Below, one piece after another: positions 27,473 to 40,125 of a DNA stretch of 64,000 bases. This DNA is from Octopus vulgaris (taxonomy: Eukaryota). Made by a program: the position numbers and the translations under genes. The stretch covers positions 868,001 through 932,000 of the forward strand of contig OX597832.1 in assembly GCA_951406725.2 (NCBI GenBank). Direction: 5' to 3'. Numbering within the stretch: position 1 is the stretch's first letter; every line of letters begins with the position of its first letter. The notes under the pieces are model-generated. The model had not been told where the DNA came from, did not search any database, and was given only the letters and a program-made list of their open reading frames with translations.

Positions 27473-27819
27473 TGTGCATGTGTGTAAAAGTGTAGTATAA
27501 AAAATAGATTCAGAGAATCTATGTGGCTATCACAGTAAATTCTCCATTCATGTTACATGACTTAAATCATAGCTATAATCATGATGTTCCAGTGATCTAA
27601 TGAGTTAGATTTCTTTAGTTGCCTTAATTTGGGAATATACAGTTGTATTGTATAAGGCGGAGCATACATATTGATGCAAACATGCATGTAGAATTTTCCA
27701 TACTGAAATTAATATTACATGAAGTGGATTATGAAATGGATGCATCATATGGAAGTGATATGGAAAAATAAATCTATCTTCACCTCACACACCTTCTGAT
27801 TTTATACGCACACATACAC

Positions 27820-28285
27820 ACAGGCATGGCTGAGTAGTAAGAAGCTTACTTCCCAATCATATGGTTCCAAGTTCAGTCTTATTGTGTGGTACTCTGGGCA
27901 AGTGTCTTCTACCATAGCTTCAAGCTGATCAAAGCATTGTAAGTGGATTCGGTAAACAAAAAATAAAGAAGCCCATCGTATGTATGTATGTGTGTGTGTG
28001 TATGTGTGTGTATGTGTATGTGTGTGTGTGTGTGTGTGTGTACGTGTATGTGTGAGTGTGTGCACAAGTGTGTGTGTGTGTGTGCGTGTGTATTTGTGTT
28101 GTATGTCTTTCTGTCTGTGTTTGTCCCCCATGATCACTTGACAACCAGTGTTGATGTATTTACATCCCCATAACCCAACAAAACAGACAAATCAAATACC
28201 AGGCTTTAAAAAAATAAGTACTAAAATTCTTCAAGGTGGTGCCCCAGCATGACTGTAGTCTAATGAAAGTAACAAGTAAGAGATA
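27820..28285 (+). mobile_element. Diverged tRNA-derived SINE
   Basis: Head catggctgagtagtaagaagc, core ctgggcaagtgtcttctac, tail ggtggtgccccagcatg...tgaaagtaacaagtaa. Confidence 0.75.
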
Positions 28286-28525
28286 AGAGAAAACATAAAA
28301 AAACACATATACATGTGTGCATGTATGTGTCTGTGTGTGAGAGAGAGAGAGAGAGAGTATGCATGAGTGGAAAATAATAATATAATATGTTTTTGTATAT
28401 ATAGTTAGTGTGGAGGCGCAAGAGCCCAGTGGTTAGGGTAGCATTCAATTTTTAAAAATCCTTAAATTTCTCCTATTGCTTAAAATTTCAAAATTTAAAT
28501 AATTCTTTTATAAATCCCTTAGATT

Positions 28526-28613
28526 AACTCTGATGAGAGAAATATAGATGATTGTTATGGTTGGAATTAACTCACTCATACCAACCTATATCTCCTCCAA
28601 ATGGCCATTAGAC
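28526..28613 (+). ncRNA. Degenerate hammerhead relic
   Basis: CTGATGA, long GAG...CTC stem II, CAAA (G12 to C), palindromic ATGGCCAT, T|AG. Stem I is only about 2 bp. Confidence 0.4.
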
Positions 28614-28759
28614 TTTGCACCTATTCAAGATTCCTTTTAAAATCATTTTATACCAACTTTCTCATCTATTTGGATTATCGCTATACATTCACCATCCGCA
28701 TATTTTAATATCCTCATTGATTTTAATACTGACATACAACCTTACAAGTACATTTATGC

Positions 28760-29654
28760 AAGGGCCGTGACTGCAGAGGACATGCGTAAGCTCACGAGGA
28801 ATGAAGCCAATATGATCCGATGGATGTGTAATGTCAGTGTGCATACTCAACAGAGTGTAAGTACCTTGAGAGAAAAGTTGGACCTAAGAAGCATCAGATG
28901 TAGTGTGCAAGAGAGATGACTGCGCTGGTATGGTCATGTGGTGAGAATAGATGAGGATTACTGTGTGAAAAAGTGTCACACCCTAGCAGTTGAGGGAACC
29001 TGTGGAAGAGGTAGACCCAGGAAGACCTGGGATGAAGTGGTGAAGCACGACCTTCGAACAATAGGCCTCACCGAGGCAATGACCAGAGACCAAGACTTTT
29101 GGAAATATGCTGTACTTGAGAAGACCCGGAAAGTCAAGTGAGACCATAACCTTGTGGCCTAAGCCAGGGGTATAACCAGCCCACTTATGTGTACCTTCCC
29201 TACATTGGACACTGCTTGCAAAGACCAGTTGAGGCAAGTGAAATCGGAATCGAAATCAAATTCAATGACTGGCATCCGTGCTAGTGGAGCACTAAGAGCA
29301 TCATCCGAGCATGATCGTTACCAGAGCGGCTAACTAGCACGTAAAAAGTACCATTTGAGCGTGATCGTTACCAGCGTCGCCTTACTGGCACTTGTGCCGG
29401 TGTGCAAGTGACACGAAAAAGAAAAACACAATTTTTCCGTGGTCGTTGCCAGTACCGCCTGACTGGCCCTCGTGCCGGTGGCATGTAAAAGCACCCACTA
29501 CACTCTCGGAGTAGTTGGCGTTGGGAAGGGCATCTACCTGTAGAAATTCTACCAGATCAGATTGCAGCCTTGTGCAGCCATCTGGTTTGCCAGTCATCAG
29601 TCAAATCGTCCAATCCATGCTCGCATGGAAAGCAGACATTAAAAGATGATGATG

Positions 29655-29657
<3 letters not shown>
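28760..29657 (+). mobile_element. RTE-like LINE 3' end with UTR and (GAT)n tail
   Basis: LRWYGHVVRIDED...EGTCGRGRPRKTWDEVVKHDL, ending ...gcatggaaagcagacattaaaagatgatgatgat. Confidence 0.85.
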
Positions 29658-29727
<70 letters not shown>

Positions 29728-29729
29728 CT

Positions 29730-30136
29730 TTTTCTCTTTTTACTTGTTTCAGTCATTTGACTGCGGCCATGCTGGAGCACCGCCTTTAATCGAGCAACTC
29801 GACCCCGGTACTTATTCTTTGTAAGCCTAGTACTTATTCTATCGGTCTCTTTTACCGAACCGCTAAGTGACGGGGACATAAACACACCAGCATCGGTTGT
29901 CAAGCGATGTTGGATGGGACAAACACAGACATACAAACATACACGCACACATACATATATATACATATATATATACGACGGGCTTCTTTCAGTTTCCGTC
30001 TACCAAATCCACTCACAAGGCTTTGGGTGGCCCGAGGCTATAGTAGAAGACACTTGCCCAAGGTGCCACGCAGTGGGACTGAACACGGTACCATGTGGCT
30101 GGTAAACAAGCTACTTACCACACAGCCACTCCTGCG

Positions 30137-30138
<2 letters not shown>
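29730..30138 (-). mobile_element. tRNA-derived SINE, full length
   Basis: Minus strand starts GGCGCAGGAGTGGCTGTGTGGTAAGTAGC and has a B-box-like GTTCAGTCCC. Tail resembles the CR1-like LINE tails. Confidence 0.92.
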
Positions 30139-30214
<76 letters not shown>

Positions 30215-30473
30215 TGAAACATGTCTGCAGCTGTCTGACTGGCAGGATGAAGCGGCTGACCTCCCTGTTCGAAGGTTTATAATGGACGCAGGTTGTGTGT
30301 CAAATAGCTAGCTTGAGGTGGTGGCCTCATGGACCTAATCAGCGACAGCTTTAGTCTTATATTTATAAGACTGCCATATTAGTATGGCAATAACTATTAA
30401 TTTCCAGTAACACTGCCGTAATCTCCTTTAGAGAGACTTAGTAATTTTAATATTTCTATTATATATATATTTC

Positions 30474-30509
<36 letters not shown>

Positions 30510-30511
<2 letters not shown>

Positions 30512-31553
30512 CTTAGAATAACTTACAAAGGTTTTTAGCCAGTATCGGCCCAGGCCATGTCTAACTTAATAGCACCACCTGGCGAAGTCTTTCAATTCAG
30601 GATTTGGGCACCAAGGCCCATTCGAGCTGATAGTCATTGGTTGCGGAGACATATCCGGGTGTGGGTGGTTTGTCTGGGACTGTTTGAAGGAATTTGTCCA
30701 AAGACTTCTTGAATTATGTGTGGTCAGTTTCTGTTTTGACGTGTCCTGGTGTAATGTTGAAGAGAGCGAGTTCAATTGAGGTGAAATAGTCGTGCCGTAT
30801 TGTTGTTATGAGATGCTATTTAGATTTTTGTTGTGGACGGATAGCACGTGGTCCAAGCCTTGGATGTATTTTGAAGGTGATGCCAACATCATTCGGACAG
30901 TGCTGATGGAATATTTTCCACATCATACAGATAATGTAGCATTCACAGCGTCGTTGGTGTGAATACAGTTTCAGTTTTTCTAGTCTACCCCAGTAGTCGA
31001 GGTCTGACATGCCATCTATCTTTTTTGTGATTGACCTTTGGGGAGCTTCAATTCTCATAATATTTTGTTTCGTGTAGGAGACCACAGTGGGACAGCAGTA
31101 TTCAAGGTGGGGTCGGGCAAAAGTGGAGAAGAGAAGGAATTGTGTGGGAATCTCTCGACTAGAAGGTTCTGAGAATTGAGGAACACATTCTGCGAGCCAT
31201 GTCAACTTTGCTGCTTATATGTGTAGCCCAGCTTATGTTGTTGTCCACAGTTACTCCCAAGTCTCTGATGTTGTTAGACGCCATGAGAATTTCACCAGAA
31301 GGAAGGGAGTATGGTAGTTTCAGAGCATCCTCCCTTCAAAGTGGATCAGTTCGAATTTGTATTCGTTTAGCAATATGTTGTTCGTTTCCGCCCATTGGAC
31401 AACAGCCAGTAGGTCTGACTGAAGGCTTATCCGGTCATCCATGCCATTGATGACCTTCTGGAGCTTGGAATCATCAGCGAAAATTCTGATGTTACTGTGT
31501 TTGATGATGTCAGTGATGTCATTAATGTAGATGATGAAGAGAAGTGGGCCCAA

Positions 31554-31556
<3 letters not shown>
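30510..31556 (-). mobile_element. CR1-group LINE 3' fragment (RT motifs)
   Basis: LGPLLFIIYINDI...IFADDSKL, RPHLEYCC, YWGRLEKLKLYS. Tail repeated at 50971-51045. Confidence 0.88.
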
Positions 31557-31588
<32 letters not shown>

Positions 31589-31589
<1 letters not shown>

Positions 31590-31639
31590 TTTATTTTAAG
31601 CAGCAGAAAATTCAACAAAATCTGCTGCTTAAAATAAAG
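31589..31639. repeat. 19-bp perfect hairpin in a short insertion between (TA)n tracts
   Basis: ctttattttaagcagcaga, 13-nt loop, tctgctgcttaaaataaag. Confidence 0.8.
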
Positions 31640-31902
31640 CATATTACTCTACCACTGGTATTTGAGTACTCTTTTTTCCACCTTGTTTCACATTTATGTG
31701 TTTACTCCGGTATATATATATATATATATAAACATAAACATAACGATGTAAGAAATTTGAAAAGCTGAACGCGAAAACGGTCATTTCTTCTAAACTATGT
31801 CATTGTAAGAAAAAAATTGATAACATTCTTCAGACATATTGACTCAAATATATATTTTTTAACCTTTTAAAACAAGCCTTCTGTAGTTTTTTCACTTTTT
31901 AC

Positions 31903-31931
<29 letters not shown>

Positions 31932-31933
<2 letters not shown>

Positions 31934-32930
31934 ACGGGAAGCTTTATGAAAATAAACAAAAGACGAAGGCAGGTGGAAAACAAACGAACAATTGTATTAG
32001 TATGGCGCTCAGGAAATATAAATAAAACAAGTCTTTAACGTTTCGAGCCTACGCTCTTCAACAGAAAGATACACAGAGAGAGAAAAACACAGAAAGAAGG
32101 AGAGGAAAAAATGCGTGCAGTAGCTAACGAATCAACATGGCGATCTGATTTCGGCCAGAGGTCAAAGATCAAACATGAGACGCGAGAGCGAAATAAGGGG
32201 AGATAATAGGGTTGATAAAAGGGTTGAGGGACCAGCTAATAGTGCGTGGGAGGGGTCTGGATGTGTGTATGTATAGGGTTGGTGTATGTATTAGTATGTA
32301 TAAGGGTGAGTGTGTGTGTGTGTGTGTGTATGAGAGAGTATTAGTGCGTAGGATTGGTCTGGACGTGCGTATGTATGGGGTTGGTGTATGTATTAGTATG
32401 TATTAGTATGTATTAGTACGTATTGGTATGTATAGGTGTGTGTGTGTGTGTGAGAGAGAGTATAAGTGCGTATGCGGGGTCTGGACGTGTGTATGTATAG
32501 GGTTGGTGTAAGTATTAGTATGTACTAGTATGTATTAGTACATATTAGTATGTATTAGTTGGTGTGTGTATTAGTATGGCACATCATATGTGATGTGATG
32601 TGTAAAGTCATGTGGTGTAGTGAGGAGAAGAGGGGGAGGGGGAGAAGAAGGGGAGGGGAAGAAGAGGCGGAGGAGAAGGGGGAAGAGGAGAGGATGGGGG
32701 AGAAGGATGGGGAGGAGGGGGATGAAGGAGGAAAGAGGGAGAGGGGGAGAGAGAAGGGGAGAGAGGGAGTGAGGGAGCAGAGGGAAGGGGAAGAGGGAGG
32801 GAGAAAGAGGGAAGAAGGGAAGGGGAGTAGGGGTGGAAGGATGAAGGACTGAAGAAGTAGGGGTCGGGGGAGAAAGGATAGATGAGGAGGGGGGGTTGAG
32901 AGTTGAGACCAAATGGCGTATAAGAGCGAA
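31932..32930 (-). mobile_element. Solo 3' end / pseudo-LTR of the Neptune-like PLE family
   Basis: Reverse complement matches 56050-56803, from ttcgctcttatacgccatttggtctcaactctc to cataaagcttcccgtta. (TA)n flanks. Confidence 0.88.
32032..32069 (-). ncRNA. Minimal variant hammerhead (CUGUUGAA core)
   Basis: TCTTT, CTGTTGAA, GAGC GTAG GCTC, GAAA, CG, TT|AAAGA on the minus strand. Confidence 0.65.
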
Positions 32931-33065
32931 ATATATATATATGCATAAATTATATCTTGAGTACATGAATGCACCTATGTATGGTGTGGCGTATTCTGAT
33001 GCTTTGAAATATATTGAGTGAATATGAAATTTGTTCTCTCTTTCTTGGTTATATATATTTACATA

Positions 33066-33150
<85 letters not shown>

Positions 33151-33158
<8 letters not shown>

Positions 33159-36100
33159 AAAGGGCTTAGTAAAATAACTTTGCCGCATACTGAACTCATT
33201 AGAAATAGCAGCTAAAAAAAACTTTTTTAAAAACTATTTCCAATACTTAAAGAAAACCTCTCTCATATAGTGTTTGCTCAATTCAACTCACAAAAGTATG
33301 GGGGTAGAGACATTAAAAAATCAAATGCAAAGGTTATTTGAGAACGTACGTTTCAAGATTAGTCAAAATCGACACTTCTATCATCAGCTCAGAACTCCCT
33401 GGTTTGGATTTGAAAACACTGAAAGTGGGAGCATACCCTTTCGGCTTGTTATCACTTCTGAAGATCTGCTCAAAACTAACAGTGCCAGCAAATTCAAATA
33501 TGCAAGCGAAGAATTTCTGCTCTCCCCTTTCCACCAGCGTGGGTTAAAATCAGCAAACACTATGCTTTTTTCGGTAAAATCCGAGGCATTATATAGAGAG
33601 AGATGAATTATAATTTCAACAATTGAGGGTAAAATTAATTAATTAATCAATTTCACCAAGTATTCAGTATACAAAGGGACCATTTAAGGCGAATTCAAAT
33701 TATTACATTATATAAAAGGGCTTAGTAAAATAAATTACTTTGCCGCATACTGAACTCATTAGAAATAGCAGCTAAAAAAACTTTTTTAAAAACTATTTCC
33801 AATATTTAAAGAAAACCTCTCTCATATAGTGTTTGCTCAATTCAACTCACAAAAGTATGGGGGTAGAGACATTAAAAAATCAAATGCAAAGGTTATTTGA
33901 GAACGTACGTTTCAAGATTAGTCAAAATCGACACTTCTATCATCAGCTCAGAACTCCCTGGTTTGGATTTGAAAACACTGAAAGTGGGAGCATACCCTTT
34001 CGGCTTGTTATCACTTCTGAAGATCTGCTCAAAACTAACAGTGCCAGCAAATTCAAATATGCAAGCGAAGAATTTCTGCTCTCCCCTTTCCACCAGCGTG
34101 GGTTAAAATCAGCAAACACTATGCTTTTTTCGGTAAAATCCGAGGCATTATATAGAGAGAGATGAATTATAATTTCAACAATTGAGGGTAAAATTAATTA
34201 ATTAATCAATTTCACCAAGTATTCAGTATACAAAGGGACCATTTAAGGCGAATTCAAATTATTACATTATATAAAAGGGCTTAGTAAAATAAATTACTTT
34301 GCCGCATACTGAACTCATTAGAAATAGCAGCTAAAAAAAACTTTTTTAAAAACTATTTCCAATACTTAAAGAAAACCTCTCTCATATAGTGTTTGCTCAA
34401 TTCAACTCACAAAAGTATGGGGGTAGAGACATTAAAAAATCAAATGCAAAGGTTATTTGAGAACGTACGTTTCAAGATTAGTCAAAATCGACACTTCTAT
34501 CATCAGCTCAGAACTCCCTGGTTTGGATTTGAAAACACTGAAAGTGGGAGCATACCCTTTCGGCTTGTTATCACTTCTGAAGATCTGCTCAAAACTAACA
34601 GTGCCAGCAAATTCAAATATGCAAGCGAAGAATTTCTGCTCTCCCCTTTCCACCAGCGTGGGTTAAAATCAGCAAACACTATGCTTTTTTCGGTAAAATC
34701 CGAGGCATTATATAGAGAGAGATGAATTATAATTTCAACAATTGAGGGTAAAATTAATTAATTAATCAATTTCACCAAGTATTCAGTATACAAAGGGACC
34801 ATTTAAGGCGAATTCAAATTATTACATTATATAAAAGGGCTTAGTAAAATAAATTACTTTGCCGCATACTGAACTCATTAGAAATAGCAGCTAAAAAAAA
34901 CTTTTTTAAAAACTATTTCCAATACTTAAAGAAAACCTCTCTCATATAGTGTTTGCTCAATTCAACTCACAAAAGTATGGGGGTAGAGACATTAAAAAAT
35001 CAAATGCAAAGGTTATTTGAGAACGTACGTTTCAAGATTAGTCAAAATCGACACTTCTATCATCAGCTCAGAACTCCCTGGTTTGGATTTGAAAACACTG
35101 AAAGTGGGAGCATACCCTTTCGGCTTGTTATCACTTCTGAAGATCTGCTCAAAACTAACAGTGCCAGCAAATTCAAATATGCAAGCGAAGAATTTCTGCT
35201 CTCCCCTTTCCACCAGCGTGGGTTAAAATCAGCAAACACTATGCTTTTTTCGGTAAAATCCGAGGCATTATATAGAGAGAGATGAATTATAATTTCAACA
35301 ATTGAGGGTAAAATTAATTAATTAATCAATTTCACCAAGTATTCAGTATACAAAGGGACCATTTAAGGCGAATTCAAATTATTACATTATATAAAAGGGC
35401 TTAGTAAAATAAATTACTTTGCCGCATACTGAACTCATTAGAAATAGCAGCTAAAAAAACTTTTTAAAAACTATTTCCAATATTTAAAGAAAACCTCTCT
35501 CATATAGTGTTTGCTCAATTCAACTCACAAAAGTATGGGGGTAGAGACATTAAAAAATCAAATGCAAAGGTTATTTGAGAACGTACGTTTCAAGATTAGT
35601 CAAAATCGACACTTCTATCATCAGCTCAGAACTCCCTGGTTTGGATTTGAAAACACTGAAAGTGGGAGCATACCCTTTCGGCTTGTTATCACTTCTGAAG
35701 ATCTGCTCAAAACTAACAGTGCCAGCAAATTCAAATATGCAAGCGAAGAATTTCTGCTCTCCCCTTTCCACCAGCGTGGGTTAAAATCAGCAAACACTAT
35801 GCTTTTTTCGGTAAAATCCGAGGCATTATATAGAGAGAGATGAATTATAATTTCAACAATTGAGGGTAAAATTAATTAATTAATCAATTTCACCAAGTAT
35901 TCAGTATACAAAGGGACCATTTAAGGCGAATTCAAATTATTACATTATATAAAAGGGCTTAGTAAAATAAATTACTTTGCCGCATACTGAACTCATTAGA
36001 AATAGCAGCTAAAAAAACTTTTTTAAAAACTATTTCCAATACTTAAAGAAAACCTCTCTCATATAGTGTTTGCTCAATTCAACTCACAAAAGTATGGGGG

Positions 36101-39100
36101 TAGAGACATTAAAAAATCAAATGCAAAGGTTATTTGAGAACGTACGTTTCAAGATTAGTCAAAATCGACACTTCTATCATCAGCTCAGAACTCCCTGGTT
36201 TGGATTTGAAAACACTGAAAGTGGGAGCATACCCTTTCGGCTTGTTATCACTTCTGAAGATCTGCTCAAAACTAACAGTGCCAGCAAATTCAAATATGCA
36301 AGCGAAGAATTTCTGCTCTCCCCTTTCCACCAGCGTGGGTTAAAATCAGCAAACACTATGCTTTTTTCGGTAAAATCCGAGGCATTATATAGAGAGAGAT
36401 GAATTATAATTTCAACAATTGAGGGTAAAATTAATTAATTAATCAATTTCACCAAGTATTCAGTATACAAAGGGACCATTTAAGGCGAATTCAAATTATT
36501 ACATTATATAAAAGGGCTTAGTAAAATAAATTACTTTGCCGCATACTGAACTCATTAGAAATAGCAGCTAAAAAAACTTTTTTAAAAACTATTTCCAATA
36601 TTTAAAGAAAACCTCTCTCATATAGTGTTTGCTCAATTCAACTCACAAAAGTATGGGGGTAGAGACATTAAAAAATCAAATGCAAAGGTTATTTGAGAAC
36701 GTACGTTTCAAGATTAGTCAAAATCGACACTTCTATCATCAGCTCAGAACTCCCTGGTTTGGATTTGAAAACACTGAAAGTGGGAGCATACCCTTTCGGC
36801 TTGTTATCACTTCTGAAGATCTGCTCAAAACTAACAGTGCCAGCAAATTCAAATATGCAAGCGAAGAATTTCTGCTCTCCCCTTTCCACCAGCGTGGGTT
36901 AAAATCAGCAAACACTATGCTTTTTTCGGTAAAATCCGAGGCATTATATAGAGAGAGATGAATTATAATTTCAACAATTGAGGGTAAAATTAATTAATTA
37001 ATCAATTTCACCAAGTATTCAGTATACAAAGGGACCATTTAAGGCGAATTCAAATTATTACATTATATAAAAGGGCTTAGTAAAATAAATTACTTTGCCG
37101 CATACTGAACTCATTAGAAATAGCAGCTAAAAAAACTTTTTTAAAAACTATTTCCAATACTTAAAGAAAACCTCTCTCATATAGTGTTTGCTCAATTCAA
37201 CTCACAAAAGTATGGGGGTAGAGACATTAAAAAATCAAATGCAAAGGTTATTTGAGAACGTACGTTTCAAGATTAGTCAAAATCGACACTTCTATCATCA
37301 GCTCAGAACTCCCTGGTTTGGATTTGAAAACACTGAAAGTGGGAGCATACCCTTTCGGCTTGTTATCACTTCTGAAGATCTGCTCAAAACTAACAGTGCC
37401 AGCAAATTCAAATATGCAAGCGAAGAATTTCTGCTCTCCCCTTTCCACCAGCGTGGGTTAAAATCAGCAAACACTATGCTTTTTTCGGTAAAATCCGAGG
37501 CATTATATAGAGAGAGATGAATTATAATTTCAACAATTGAGGGTAAAATTAATTAATTAATCAATTTCACCAAGTATTCAGTATACAAAGGGACCATTTA
37601 AGGCGAATTCAAATTATTACATTATATAAAAGGGCTTAGTAAAATAAATTACTTTGCCGCATACTGAACTCATTAGAAATAGCAGCTAAAAAAACTTTTT
37701 TAAAAACTATTTCCAATACTTAAAGAAAACCTCTCTCATATAGTGTTTGCTCAATTCAACTCACAAAAGTATGGGGGTAGAGACATTAAAAAATCAAATG
37801 CAAAGGTTATTTGAGAACGTACGTTTCAAGATTAGTCAAAATCGACACTTCTATCATCAGCTCAGAACTCCCTGGTTTGGATTTGAAAACACTGAAAGTG
37901 GGAGCATACCCTTTCGGCTTGTTATCACTTCTGAAGATCTGCTCAAAACTAACAGTGCCAGCAAATTCAAATATGCAAGCGAAGAATTTCTGCTCTCCCT
38001 TTCCACCAGCGTGGGTTAAAATCAGCAAACACTATGCTTTTTTCGGTAAAATCCGAGGCATTATATAGAGAGAGATGAATTATAATTTCAACAATTGAGG
38101 GTAAAATTAATTAATTAATCAATTTCACCAAGTATTCAGTATACAAAGGGACCATTTAAGGCGAATTCAAATTATTACATTATATAAAAGGGCTTAGTAA
38201 AATAAATTACTTTGTCGCATACTGAACTCATTAGAAATAGCAGCTAAAAAAACTTTTTTAAAAACTATTTCCAATATTTAAAGAAAACCTCTCTCATATA
38301 GTGTTTGCTCAATTCAACTCACAAAAGTATGGGGGTAGAGACATTAAAAAATCAAATGCAAAGGTTATTTGAGAACGTACGTTTCAAGATTAGTCAAAAT
38401 CGACACTTCTATCATCAGCTCAGAACTCCCTGGTTTGGATTTGAAAACACTGAAAGTGGGAGCATACCCTTTCGGCTTGTTATCACTTCTGAAGATCTGC
38501 TCAAAACTAACAGTGCCAGCAAATTCAAATATGCAAGCGAAGAATTTCTGCTCTCCCCTTTCCACCAGCGTGGGTTAAAATCAGCAAACACTATGCTTTT
38601 TTCGGTAAAATCCGAGGCATTATATAGAGAGAGATGAATTATAATTTCAACAATTGAGGGTAAAATTAATTAATTAATCAATTTCACCAAGTATTCAGTA
38701 TACAAAGGGACCATTTAAGGCGAATTCAAATTATTACATTATATAAAAGGGCTTAGTAAAATAAATTACTTTGTCGCATACTGAACTCATTAGAAATAGC
38801 AGCTAAAAAAAACTTTTTTAAAACTATTTCCAATACTTAAAGAAAACCTCTCTCATATAGTGTTTGCTCAATTCAACTCACAAAAGTATGGGGGTAGAGA
38901 CATTAAAAAATCAAATGCAAAGGTTATTTGAGAACGTACGTTTCAAGATTAGTCAAAATCGACACTTCTATCATCAGCTCAGAACTCCCTGGTTTGGATT
39001 TGAAAACACTGAAAGTGGGAGCATACCCTTTCGGCTTGTTATCACTTCTGAAGATCTGCTTAAAACTAACAGTGCCAGCAAATTCAAATATGCAAGCGAA

Positions 39101-39536
39101 GAATTTCTGCTCTCCCCTTTCCACCAGCGTGGGTTAAAATCAGCAAACACTATGCTTTTTTCGGTAAAATCCGAGGCATTATATAGAGAGAGATGAATTA
39201 TAATTTCAACAATTGAGGGTAAAATTAATTAATTAATCAATTTCACCAAGTATTCAGTATACAAAGGGACCATTTAAGGCGAATTCAAATTATTACATTA
39301 TATAAAAGGGCTTAGTAAAATAAATTACTTTGTCGCATACTGAACTCATTAGAAATAGCAGCTAAAAAAAACTTTTTTTAAAACTATTTCCAATACTTAA
39401 AGAAAACCTCTCTCATATAGTGTTTGCTCAATTCAACTCACAAAAGTATGGGGGTAGAGACATTAAAAAATCAAATGCAAAGGTTATTTGAGAACGTACG
39501 TTTCAAGATTAGTCAAAATCGACACTTCTATCATCA
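33151..39536 (-). repeat. Tandem array of an approximately 559-bp hammerhead-bearing unit (11 full + 1 partial copy); candidate retrozyme satellite
   Basis: The same short ORF recurs at 33274, 33833, 34393, 34953, 35511, 36070, 36629, 37188, 37747, 38305 and 38864 (period 558-560). Copies differ only by homopolymer length and a few SNPs. One HHR per unit on the minus strand. Confidence 0.95.
33339..33391 (-). ncRNA. Type I hammerhead, array unit 1 (also at 33898, 34458, 35018, 35576, 36135, 36694, 37253, 37812, 38370 and 38929, 53 nt each)
   Basis: TGAG, CTGATGA, TAGAAGTGTCGATTTTGACTAATCTT, GAAA, CGTACG, TT|CTCA. Stem II AGA/UCU plus GUCG/UGAC, with U.U instead of G10.1-C11.1. Palindromic AACGUACGUU stem III. 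Confidence 0.8.
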
Positions 39537-40125
39537 TTAATTAATTTTACCCTCAATTGTTGAAATTATAATTCATCTCTCTCTATATAATGCCTCGGAT
39601 TTTACCGAAAAAAAGCATAGTGTTTGCTGATTTTAACCCACGCTGGTGGAAAGGGGAGAGCAGAAATTCTTCGCTTGCATATTTGAATTTGCTGGCACTG
39701 TTAGTTTTGAGCAGATCTTCAGAAGTGATAACAAGCCGAAAGGGTATGCTCCCACTTTCAGTGTTTTCAAATCCAAACCAGGGAGTTCTGAGCTGATGAT
39801 AGAAGTGTCGATTTTGACTAATCTTGAAACGTACGTTCTCAAATAACCTTTGCATTTGATTTTTTAATGTCTCTACCCCCATACTTTTGTGAGTTGAATT
39901 GAGCAAACACTATATGAGAGAGGTTTTCTTTAAGTATTGGAAATAGTTTTTAAAAAAGTTTTTTTTAGCTGCTATTTCTAATGAGTTCAGTATGCGACAA
40001 AGTAATTTATTTTACTAAGCCCTTTTATATAATGTAATAATTTGAATTCGCCTTAAATGGTCCCTTTGTATACTGAATACTTGGTGAAATTGATTAATTA
40101 ATTAATTTTACCCTCAATTGTTGAA
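39537..40125 (+). repeat. Single inverted copy of the 559-bp unit (one unit plus about 29 nt)
   Basis: Reverse complement of the array unit (ORF 39583-39906 on minus). Ends at (TA)n. Confidence 0.95.
39789..39841 (+). ncRNA. Type I hammerhead in the inverted copy
   Basis: CTGATGA 39793-39799, GAAA 39826-39829, predicted cleavage after GUU at 39837. Confidence 0.8.

Noticed and set aside
33274-39196. Repeated 110-aa, 69-aa and 66-aa ORFs in the array as a tandem gene family
   Set aside because: Non-ATG starts, no recognisable domain, frameshifted in unit 9 and in the inverted copy. The repetition simply reflects the DNA repeat.
33151-39536. CRISPR array, or 5S/snRNA/histone tandem gene cluster
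   Set aside because: No variable spacers, and I recognise no 5S, U snRNA, tRNA or histone sequence in the unit.
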